A stretch of DNA of 64,000 nt, from NCBI RefSeq assembly GCF_048259695.1, contig NZ_JBLXHL010000003.1, positions 358,304 to 422,303 on the forward strand, in the 5' to 3' direction. The notes below the pieces were generated by a model that did no database searches, had not been told where the DNA came from, and was given only the letters and a program-made list of their open reading frames with translations. This document shows positions 21,835 to 29,897 of this stretch, in pieces. Origin of the DNA: Celeribacter sp. GTDB lineage: Bacteria > Pseudomonadota > Alphaproteobacteria > Rhodobacterales > Rhodobacteraceae. A program made the position numbers and the translations under genes. Every line of letters begins with the position of its first letter. Position 1 is the stretch's first letter.

Positions 21835-22044
21835 ATGAAAAGTTTAGTCGTTGCCACCGCACTCATCATGTTTGCCGCCACCTCAAGCTTTGCACAGGAT
21901 GCGGGCGTAACAGCGGGGGAAATTGAAATGTCAGTGCAACAACAGGGCGCTGATGCGGTTCCCATGATCCTTTTGACCATCCTGTTTATTGCCGCGCTCA
22001 CCAGTGCGGGCGGTGGCGGCGTGATCAACGACTATCCCGAATAG
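21835..22044 (+). CDS. Small secreted/membrane hypothetical protein
   Basis: GGAGGG RBS, signal peptide ending SFA, C-terminal hydrophobic helix. Confidence 0.7.
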   Translation: MKSLVVATALIMFAATSSFAQDAGVTAGEIEMSVQQQGADAVPMILLTILFIAALTSAGGGGVINDYPE

Positions 22045-22073
22045 GCCGGACAGGCATCACGCACGCACCCATG

Positions 22074-22101
22074 AAAAGGGCCCCGTTCGCGGAGCCCTTT
22101 T
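22074..22101. terminator. Bidirectional terminator
   Basis: AAAAGGGCcCCG-ttcg-CGGaGCCCTTTT between convergent genes. Confidence 0.75.
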
Positions 22102-22122
22102 AAACTATATGGTGTCGCGGGA

Positions 22123-23178
22123 TCAGGAGAACATCGCCTCAAGATCGACCGTGGCGGTTTGGCCCAGATCGTCAAAATGGGCCTCAAGGAAGCCTTCACA
22201 GGCCGTCCGCCCCGCCTCTTTCATCCGGCCCAACAACACGGGCGACGGGATCAGTTTGGTGCGCGCCGACAGGTCGCGCATCAGATCGTCATCACCGATC
22301 ATATGCACCAACACGTCTTTCATCATGCCCTTTGGCAACCGCTGTTCGCCGATCAGATCCTTTACAAACTGTACCGCACGCAGCTCGCGCAGCATCGACG
22401 AATTGAAACTTATCTCATTGATACGGTTCTGAATTTCTTCCGGTGTGGTCGGGGTGCCCGGTCGCTCTAACGGGTTGATATTCACAATCACCACATCATC
22501 GGGAAACTGTGGCTCGAACAGCGGAAACAGCGCAGGATTGCCCGTATAGCCGCCATCCCAATAGGGGTCGGTGATCCCCGTCACGGGGTCGGTAATCTCG
22601 ACGGCTTTGAACATTTCGGGCAGACAGGCGGAGGCAAGGATCACATCCGTTGTCACCTCCTCATCCGTGAACACGCGGATTTTTCCGGTGCGCACATTGG
22701 TCGTCGAGATAAACAAGGCGGGCCCGACGTCTTTGTTCAGGGCCGCCAAATCCAACCGCGCCACGATACGGTCAAGCGGGTTTTGGTAAAACGGCCCATA
22801 GGCATAGGGCGTCATCACCGTGGCGAAACTTTCGAGAAAGGAAAACGGCACCGCAGTCTCGGCCAGCCGCGTCATCATCGCCGTGGTAGGACCGAATTGC
22901 GTGAGCCATGAGGACAGGCGCATGTCCGAAATCGCCCCCATCTGGCTCCAGACCCAATCGAGGCTCTCACGCGCGCCCTCCGCGCCGCCCCTGGCCAGTC
23001 CCGCACAATAGGCCGCCGCATTCAACGCACCGGCGGAGGTTCCCGAAATGGCTGCGATTTCAATGCGGTCATCGTCGATCAACCGATCGAGGACCCCCCA
23101 CGTGAAGGCCCCGTGCGCACCGCCGCCCTGAAGCGCGAGGTTGATTTTTTTCGGGGCGGTTGCCGTGCGTCTGGCCAC
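22123..23178 (-). CDS. Patatin-like hydrolase (candidate PHB depolymerase)
   Basis: LQGGGAHGAF, nucleophile GTSAG, YWDGGY; GTG start. Confidence 0.85.
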   Translation of the reverse strand: MARRTATAPKKINLALQGGGAHGAFTWGVLDRLIDDDRIEIAAISGTSAGALNAAAYCAGLARGGAEGARESLDWVWSQMGAISDMRLSSWLTQFGPTTAMMTRLAETAVPFSFLESFATVMTPYAYGPFYQNPLDRIVARLDLAALNKDVGPALFISTTNVRTGKIRVFTDEEVTTDVILASACLPEMFKAVEITDPVTGITDPYWDGGYTGNPALFPLFEPQFPDDVVIVNINPLERPGTPTTPEEIQNRINEISFNSSMLRELRAVQFVKDLIGEQRLPKGMMKDVLVHMIGDDDLMRDLSARTKLIPSPVLLGRMKEAGRTACEGFLEAHFDDLGQTATVDLEAMFS

Positions 23179-23179
23179 C

Positions 23180-23527
23180 CTACCCGTCCTGCCATTTGCG
23201 CAAGAGATCCTCGACCAGAATCCCGTTGATGGTCATGCCTTCCAACGAACAATTCTCGATTGTTACATCGGCGAGATTGGCATTGGTTATGGTCGCCCCC
23301 GTGTAATTGGCGTTTTCAATCCGCGCATTGGTGAGGTTGGCGTTGTGGACAGACATATTGGCGATATTACAATCGTCCAACACAACCCCCGAGAGATTGC
23401 AATTGATGACAAGCGTATGTGTGAGGTTGCACCGCGTAAACTTGGACCCTTCATGTGACGCATCTTCAAGCACCAGGGGACGCAGTTTTTTTCGCGGCGG
23501 GTGATCCTTGTTCGCGTTATCTATCAT
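23180..23527 (-). CDS. Pentapeptide repeat protein
   Basis: Repeats CNLTH/CNLSG/CNIAN/ANLTN/ANYTG/ANLAD, ending SLEGMTINGILVEDLL; ATG overlaps the bdhA TGA. Confidence 0.8.
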   Translation of the reverse strand: MIDNANKDHPPRKKLRPLVLEDASHEGSKFTRCNLTHTLVINCNLSGVVLDDCNIANMSVHNANLTNARIENANYTGATITNANLADVTIENCSLEGMTINGILVEDLLRKWQDG

Positions 23528-24297
23528 AGTGCGGTCCATCCGCCATCGACGGAAATCGTGGTGCCGGTGATCTGTGCGGCCGCGTCGGAGGCGAGGAACA
23601 GACATGTCCCGCCAAGCTGTTCGACGGTGGCGAATTCCTTGGACGGTTGGCGCTCCAGCAAGACCTCGCGAATAACCGTTTCGCGGTCCATATCGTATTT
23701 CTTCATCGTGTCGGGGATTTGTTTTTCGACCAAGGGGGTCAAAACATACCCGGGACAAATGGCATTGGCGGTGATCGGCTCGCGGGCGGTTTCGAGGGCG
23801 GTGACTTTGGTCAGGCCGACAACGCCGTGTTTGGCCGCGACATAGGCCGATTTATAGGGCGACGCGGTCAGCCCGTGGGCCGATGCGATGTTGATCACCC
23901 GCCCCCAACCCGCTTTGCGCATCATCGGCAGGGCCGCCGCGGTGGTGTGAAACGCCGAGGACATGTTGATGGCGATAATCGCGTCCCATTTCTCGACCGG
24001 AAACTCGTCGATGCCCGCGACATACTGGATGCCGGCATTGTTCACGAGGATATCACAGACCCCCGCCGTCTCGACAAGGGCGCGACACTGGTCTGCTTTG
24101 GACATATCGGCCTGAATGTAGCGGGCCGTCACACCGAATTCATCCGCGATCTCTTTGGCGATGGCATGATCGTCGTCTGTATCGGTGAAGGAATTGAGCA
24201 CCACATTGAGGCCCGCCTTTGCGAGTTCTCGTGCCACGCCCAGACCGATGCCGGAGTTTGACCCTGTGATGATTGCTGTTTTCCCTTTGACGTCCAT
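23524..24297 (-). CDS. bdhA: 3-hydroxybutyrate dehydrogenase
   Basis: TGSNSGIG, NNAGIQY, SAHGLTASPYKSAYVAAKHG, ICPGYVLTPLVEKQI. Confidence 0.93.
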   Translation of the reverse strand: MDVKGKTAIITGSNSGIGLGVARELAKAGLNVVLNSFTDTDDDHAIAKEIADEFGVTARYIQADMSKADQCRALVETAGVCDILVNNAGIQYVAGIDEFPVEKWDAIIAINMSSAFHTTAAALPMMRKAGWGRVINIASAHGLTASPYKSAYVAAKHGVVGLTKVTALETAREPITANAICPGYVLTPLVEKQIPDTMKKYDMDRETVIREVLLERQPSKEFATVEQLGGTCLFLASDAAAQITGTTISVDGGWTAL

Positions 24298-24494
24298 AAC
24301 CGTCTCCCTCGTTTCGTCTGGAACAGATGTAGGTGGGTAAGGCATATAGGAAAGCCAGAATCGGTCAACGACAAAGAATCGATAAATTTTTCCTGTGAAC
24401 GCGGGCTGTTACCGATGGACGGTCACGGACGTCGAACGGCCCGAAATCCATGCATAGTAAGGTGCGACGTAGGGTCAACGCTCAAAATTTAGCC

Positions 24495-24570
24495 AAAAAA
24501 AACGCCGGCACAAGGCCGGCGCAAAGTTATTGAGGCAGGTTTCATACAGGCAAGAAACCTATCGAGCAGT
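24495..24570 (-). ncRNA. Candidate trans-acting sRNA, ~76 nt
   Basis: Promoter upstream, 7-bp hairpin AGGTTTC/GAAACCT, terminator CGCCGGC-cttgt-GCCGGCG + T8; no ORF. Confidence 0.65.
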
Positions 24571-24576
24571 GCCCCC

Positions 24577-24605
24577 TTTATACGCGGTTCACCACCGCAC
24601 TCCAA
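24577..24605 (-). promoter_or_regulatory. Promoter of the sRNA candidate
   Basis: TTGGAG (24605-24600)-N17-TATAAA (24582-24577). Confidence 0.55.
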
Positions 24606-24675
24606 GCTAAAAGTTTGAATTCACCCGCAGGCGGCCTTAGGCTAAGCCTCAACAAAGAAACGGGACGGAGGCATT

Positions 24676-26499
24676 GTGTCCGAGATGGCAACGAACATTT
24701 TCCACGGGCTGCGCATATCTTGCGCCGCATTGGCACTGATTGCGGGCGCGCCCTTTGCGCAGGCCGAACCGATGCATGGCATAGCTATGTATGGCAGCCC
24801 CGAGCTACCACAAGATTTCGTGTCCCTCCCCTACGCCAATGCCGATGCCCCCAAGGGCGGCAAAATCGTCACCGGCGAAGGTGGCACATTCGACAGTTTG
24901 AACCCGTTTATCCAGAAAGGCAGCTCACCGTGGCAGTTGCGCTACATGTTGGCGGAAAGTTTGATGGGCCGCGCCTATAGCGAACCTTTCACGCTGTATT
25001 GCCTGTTGTGCGAGACAATCGACACCGATGAGGACCGCACATGGGCCGAATTTACCCTGCGCCCCGAGGCCCGATTCTCTGATGGTGCGCCGGTGACGGT
25101 CGAGGATGTGATCTGGTCCTACGAAAAACTCGGGACGGAAGGCCACGGCCGCTACGCCTCGATGTGGGAACAGATTGCAAGCATCGAGAAAACCGGCGAA
25201 CGCTCGGTCAAATTCACCTTTAACACCGACAACCGCGAACTGGCGTTGTTGGTCGGGATGCGCCCGATCCTGCAAAAGGCCCAATGGGAGGGCAAGGATT
25301 TCACCAAATCGGGCTTTGACCAGATCCCGATCGGTTCCGCCCCTTACCAGATCACCGATTTCGACGCGGGCAGCTATGTCGAGCTGACGCGCAACCCCGA
25401 GTACTGGGGCAAAGACGTGCCGTTCATGCGCGGTCAGGCCAACCTTGATACCATCCGGTGGGAATTTTTTGCCGATGCCTCCCTCGTGATCGAGGCGTTC
25501 AAAGCGGGCGAATTGAACAGCAACCGCGAGTTCAACGTGCAGACATGGGACGACCAATACAATTTCCCCGCCGTCGAACGGGGCGATGTGATCAAATCCG
25601 TCATCCCGCATCAACGCCCCTCCGGCATGACCGGCTTTGTGATGAACACCCGCCTCCCCCAGTTTTCCGACTGGCGCGTCCGTCAGGCCCTCATCGAGAC
25701 GTTCAATTTCGAATATATCAACGAGGTTCAAACCGGATCGCAACAATCGCGCATCACCTCGTATTACTCCAACTCGGTACTGGGGATGCAAAGTGGTCCC
25801 GCACAGGGGCGCGTGGCGCAATTGCTTGCGCCCTACGCCGATGACCTGCCGCCCGATACGCTTGAGGGGTACACCTTTCCCGCCACCTCCGGCGCGCTCA
25901 ACGACCGCCAATCGACCCGCCGCGCCTTGGCCCTGTTCAAGGACGCAGGCTATACCATCCAGGACGGTGTGATGAAAAATGCCGATGGTGTGCCCTATAC
26001 GTTCGAGATTTTATTGCAGTCCGGTGATGATGAAAATCAATCTATTATAGATACTTACACGCAGTCCCTCATCCAGATTGGCATCACGCCAACCATCACC
26101 GTGGTTGACCGTCCGCAATACCGCGAGCGCAGCGATACCTTTGATTTCGGCATGACCACCATCCGCCGCGGCCTGTCGCTATCCCCCGGCAACGAGCAAA
26201 AGGCCTATTGGGGGTCCGAGGCCGCCGATACCGAAGGGTCGCGCAACCTGATGGGCGTCAAATCCGCCGCTGTTGACGGGTTGATCGACACCATGCTGTC
26301 CTCCGGCAGCAAGGACGATTTCGTCGCCGCCACCCGCGCCCTCGACCGCGTGTTGACCGCCGGTCGCTATGTCATCCCGATCTATCAATGGAACATCTCG
26401 CGCGTGGCCCACGCCAAGCAGCTGACCTATCCCGAAACCTTGCCGATCTACGGCGACTGGATCGGTTGGCAGCCGGATGTGTGGTATTGGACAGAATGA
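24676..26499 (+). CDS. Family 5 extracellular solute-binding protein (YejA-like)
   Basis: HGIAMYG.P, NADAPKGG, TFDSLNPF, LRPEARFSDG, IGSAPY, SPGNEQ. Confidence 0.88.
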   Translation: MSEMATNIFHGLRISCAALALIAGAPFAQAEPMHGIAMYGSPELPQDFVSLPYANADAPKGGKIVTGEGGTFDSLNPFIQKGSSPWQLRYMLAESLMGRAYSEPFTLYCLLCETIDTDEDRTWAEFTLRPEARFSDGAPVTVEDVIWSYEKLGTEGHGRYASMWEQIASIEKTGERSVKFTFNTDNRELALLVGMRPILQKAQWEGKDFTKSGFDQIPIGSAPYQITDFDAGSYVELTRNPEYWGKDVPFMRGQANLDTIRWEFFADASLVIEAFKAGELNSNREFNVQTWDDQYNFPAVERGDVIKSVIPHQRPSGMTGFVMNTRLPQFSDWRVRQALIETFNFEYINEVQTGSQQSRITSYYSNSVLGMQSGPAQGRVAQLLAPYADDLPPDTLEGYTFPATSGALNDRQSTRRALALFKDAGYTIQDGVMKNADGVPYTFEILLQSGDDENQSIIDTYTQSLIQIGITPTITVVDRPQYRERSDTFDFGMTTIRRGLSLSPGNEQKAYWGSEAADTEGSRNLMGVKSAAVDGLIDTMLSSGSKDDFVAATRALDRVLTAGRYVIPIYQWNISRVAHAKQLTYPETLPIYGDWIGWQPDVWYWTE

Positions 26500-26633
26500 A
26501 CATGCGTGTGAAGCTGATGGCCACACTGGTGATCTGCGTGGGCCTCACGGCCTGCGCCCCCGTGGCCATCGCGGGAAAAACCGTAAAAACGGGTGTGAAA
26601 GCCACGTCGAAAGCGGTCGGCACAGTGTTTTGA
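26496..26633 (+). CDS. 45-aa predicted lipoprotein
   Basis: MNMRVKLMATLVICVGLTAC lipobox; ATGA overlap with the upstream gene. Confidence 0.65.
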   Translation: MNMRVKLMATLVICVGLTACAPVAIAGKTVKTGVKATSKAVGTVF

Positions 26634-26670
26634 TCTGCGTTTTAATCTGCGTTCGGGCGGCGTGGCGGCG

Positions 26671-27339
26671 CTATCCCAGTGACGTCACCCACAGGATGGT
26701 CGCATCCTCGGGCGAGATCGAAATCACGTTGTGACCCATAGAGGCGTCATAGTAGGCGCTGTCGCCGCGCCGCATGTCAATCGGCTCATAAAACTCTGTT
26801 ATCAAACAGATTTGCCCCGTCAGAACATAGAGGAATTCCTCACCGTCATGGCGCACCCACCCGTCGAATTCCTCGAAACTGCGGGCGCGGATGGTGGCGC
26901 GGTAGGGCAGCATCTGTTTCTTGGTCAGCGCCCCCGCAAGCATTTCATGCTCATAGGTGGCGGTGGCATGGGCCGCGCCCTCGCCGGCCTTGGTGGTGGC
27001 CAACCGACCCGAAATCTGTTGCTTGCGCGGCGGCGTAAACAATTGCGGCACTGAGATCTCCAACCCGATGGCAAGCTTTTTGAGCGCCTCATAGGTCGGG
27101 GACATTTGACCGTTTTCAATCTTGGACAGGGTTGATCGCGCCAGACCCGCATGACCGGCGGCCTGTTCCAACGTCCACCCGTGTGATTTACGCAACTCGC
27201 GGACCCGCGCCCCGAGGTCGAGCGGATGCGCGTCATCGCCCGCCTCAAGCGCCCGCGCCAAACGGATCAGGCTCGGGTTGCCTGTGGATGCGGCCCCATC
27301 GGGGCGCTCCGGAGAGTTGTGATCGGGATCATCTGTCAT
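26671..27339 (-). CDS. XRE-family HTH regulator with cupin domain
   Basis: LGARVRELRK..WTLEQAA..GLARSTLSKIENGQMSPT; cupin HDGEEFLYVL, GDSAYYD. Confidence 0.9.
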   Translation of the reverse strand: MTDDPDHNSPERPDGAASTGNPSLIRLARALEAGDDAHPLDLGARVRELRKSHGWTLEQAAGHAGLARSTLSKIENGQMSPTYEALKKLAIGLEISVPQLFTPPRKQQISGRLATTKAGEGAAHATATYEHEMLAGALTKKQMLPYRATIRARSFEEFDGWVRHDGEEFLYVLTGQICLITEFYEPIDMRRGDSAYYDASMGHNVISISPEDATILWVTSLG

Positions 27340-27364
27340 GGGGGCATTTAGGCGTGGCGGAGAC

Positions 27365-27406
27365 AAAAAGAAAACCCCCGGATGCTGTTTACCGCATCTT
27401 CGGGGG
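27365..27406 (-). terminator. Terminator about 85-125 nt downstream of the 74-aa ORF
   Basis: CCCCCG(aa)GATGC-loop-GCATCCGGGGG followed by TTTTCTTTTT on the minus strand. Confidence 0.8.
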
Positions 27407-27490
27407 CTCTTTGGGGCAGACGAGGTATGGGGGGATACACTGCTCGTGAGGTCTTGCCTACCCTGTATCTGGTTTGCGCGGGGCGCGCGG

Positions 27491-27715
27491 TTAATTGTCG
27501 GTTTCAATCACGCCTGTGAGAAACTCGATATTGCTCAGTTCATCGGTGATGCCCGTCTGTACCGGTAGCCAGTTAAAGGCCCCCGCAGCAATCGCAAGCG
27601 AGGCAACCGCCCCGAGACCAAGCGTAACAGCCGGAAGCCGTGCGGATCTCGCCGATGTCGCCTTGGCGGCGCGGCCCTGTGCGGTGGAGAAATGGGAATT
27701 GGAAACATATGCCAT
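27491..27715 (-). CDS. 74-aa hypothetical single-pass membrane protein
   Basis: GAGG RBS, hydrophobic segment LPAVTLGLGAVASLAIAAGAFNWL, own terminator. Confidence 0.65.
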   Translation of the reverse strand: MAYVSNSHFSTAQGRAAKATSARSARLPAVTLGLGAVASLAIAAGAFNWLPVQTGITDELSNIEFLTGVIETDN

Positions 27716-27850
27716 GTGATGAACCTCGTAAAAACTTATGCGTTACAGTTATTTAACCATAAAATACCGCCCCGGAAAAGCATCCCGATTGTTACACCCT
27801 GCCCGCGCAAATCACGCGAACGCAGCGCGAACAAAGCGCGAATATGCATA

Positions 27851-27868
27851 ATTTGCAAAGTTGCAAAT
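27851..27868. promoter_or_regulatory. 18-bp inverted repeat, candidate operator
   Basis: ATTTGCAA-ag-TTGCAAAT between divergent genes. Confidence 0.45.
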
Positions 27869-27993
27869 CCGCCCGAAACACAACATGTAGAGCAAGGAGA
27901 ACATGGCCTCGGGTGCAAATTGTGATGCGGGAGAATGTTTTCCTTTTGTGATACCTCTCGCCATTTCGCCCGCGCCGCGCTATGTCGTGATCC

Positions 27994-28632
27994 ATGATAA
28001 AACTCGACATCTTTCACGACCCGATTTGCCCGTGGTGTTACTTGGGCAAGGCCCGTCTCGACCGCGCAATGGAAGCCCGCCCGAACCATCAGTTCGTGGT
28101 GGAATGGCATCCGTTCCAGTTGAACCCCGACATGCCCGCCGAAGGGATGGAGCGGCGGGCCTACCTCGAGGGGAAATTCGGCGGTGTTCAGGGGGCGATT
28201 GACGCCTACCGCCCCATTGTCGAAACCGCCGCCGCAGAGGCGCCAAAGGTCGATCTGGGCAAAATCACCCGCACCCCGAATACGCTCGACGCGCACCGCC
28301 TCATTCACTGGGCGGGTCTTGAGGGGATGCAGACGCCCATCGTTGCCGCGCTCTACCGCGCCTATTTCCATGACGGGCGCGACATCGGGGATGCCGAAGT
28401 ACTGTGTGACATTGCCGACAGTATGAGTATGGACGCGAGCCTTGTTGCCCGCCTTTTGGCCACCGACGAGGACGCCGACATGATCCGCGCCCGCGATGCC
28501 CATGCCCGCGAGCGCGGCATTTCCGGCGTGCCGCTTTACGTTGTCGCCAATCAACACGCCGTGTCCGGCGCCCAGAATGCCGACCTGTGGATGTCCGTCA
28601 TCGACGAGTTGGCGCAAAAAGACCTATCCTGA
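27994..28632 (+). CDS. DsbA family oxidoreductase (FrnE-like)
   Basis: DPICPWCYLGK, WHPFQLNP, PNTLDAHRL, GISGVP. Confidence 0.9.
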   Translation: MIKLDIFHDPICPWCYLGKARLDRAMEARPNHQFVVEWHPFQLNPDMPAEGMERRAYLEGKFGGVQGAIDAYRPIVETAAAEAPKVDLGKITRTPNTLDAHRLIHWAGLEGMQTPIVAALYRAYFHDGRDIGDAEVLCDIADSMSMDASLVARLLATDEDADMIRARDAHARERGISGVPLYVVANQHAVSGAQNADLWMSVIDELAQKDLS

Positions 28633-28689
28633 ACCGACCGCGCCAAGGGCCGCCGAGACCTGCAATCGCGAAAACCATAGAGAACGCCC

Positions 28690-29892
28690 ATGCCGCGCAG
28701 ATTAGCCCAACCGGAATTCGTCGCTCTTTTGGCGATGCTCACCGCCACCGTTGCCCTGTCGATCGACGCCATGTTGCCGGGCATTCCGATGATCGCGGCG
28801 GATTTGACGCCACAGGATGTGAACCGTGCGCAGCTTGTCCTGACCGCATTCGTGTTGGGGCTCGGGCTTGGCACCCTGATCAACGGGCCGCTGTCGGACC
28901 GGTTCGGGCGCAAACCGGTGATCATCGGCGGCCTTACGATCTATGCCGCCGCCGCCGTACTTGCCGCCGCCGCCCCCACATTGGAAACCCTGTTGGCCGC
29001 TCGCGTGATTCAGGGACTGGGGGCCGCCGCCCCGCGCGTTGTGGCAATGGCCCTGATCCGCGACCTCTATAAGGGGCGCGAAATGGCGCGGATTTCGTCG
29101 TTCATTATGATGATTTTCATTCTGGTGCCTGCGGTTGCGCCCGCCCTCGGCTCATTGATCATGCTCGGATTCGGGTGGCGCGGCATTTTCGGCTCCTTCG
29201 TGGTCTTCGCGGCAATCTCCGGTCTGTGGCTGCTCGTGCGCCAAGAGGAAACATTGCCGAAATCAGAGCGCCGCGCCCTGTCCGTGGCGGCCCTGATCGC
29301 AGGGACCAAAGAGACATTTTCGCACCGCTCGGTCCAAATCTACACCCTTGTTTTGATGCTTGGCTTTGGTCAGATGTTCGGCCTGTTGTCGTCGATCCAA
29401 CAGATTTACGGCGAGGTGTTTGACAAGGCAGACAGTTTCCCGATGTGGTTCGCCGCTCAAGCCATGATTTCCGGTGTCGGCACCCTGATGAACGCGAAAT
29501 TCGTGGTGCGTCTGGGAATGCGCCGCATCGCGCTATCGGCTTATCTCGGCCAAATCGTGATCTCGTCTGTCGTCCTGTTGCTCGTCGGGTCGGGTCTATT
29601 GCCCGCCGCCCTGATGTTCCCCGTGTTCTTTGTGTGGTCGGTCTCGGTGTTCTTTATGGCGGGCGTAACCTTTGGCAACATCATCGCGCTGTCACTGGAA
29701 CGGTTGGGGCATGTCGCGGGGATCGCCTCGTCCTTGGTTCAGGGGGTATCCACCATCGGTGCGGTCCTCATCGCCGCGCCCATCGGTCTGGCGTTTAACG
29801 GCACAATCATCCCGCTGACCGTTGGCACATTGGCGTGCTCGGCTGCGGCCTACGCCCTGCTGCGCCGCACCATTGACACGAACGAAGATTAG
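28690..29892 (+). CDS. Bcr/CflA family MFS efflux transporter
   Basis: SIDAMLP, GPLSDRFGRKPV, RDLYKGREMAR; multiple TM segments. Confidence 0.9.
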   Translation: MPRRLAQPEFVALLAMLTATVALSIDAMLPGIPMIAADLTPQDVNRAQLVLTAFVLGLGLGTLINGPLSDRFGRKPVIIGGLTIYAAAAVLAAAAPTLETLLAARVIQGLGAAAPRVVAMALIRDLYKGREMARISSFIMMIFILVPAVAPALGSLIMLGFGWRGIFGSFVVFAAISGLWLLVRQEETLPKSERRALSVAALIAGTKETFSHRSVQIYTLVLMLGFGQMFGLLSSIQQIYGEVFDKADSFPMWFAAQAMISGVGTLMNAKFVVRLGMRRIALSAYLGQIVISSVVLLLVGSGLLPAALMFPVFFVWSVSVFFMAGVTFGNIIALSLERLGHVAGIASSLVQGVSTIGAVLIAAPIGLAFNGTIIPLTVGTLACSAAAYALLRRTIDTNED

Positions 29893-29897
29893 GTTTT

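Noticed and set aside
27903-28202. 99-aa ORF with an AAGGAG RBS
   Set aside because: It overlaps the well-supported DsbA-family gene out of frame for most of its length and has no motif.
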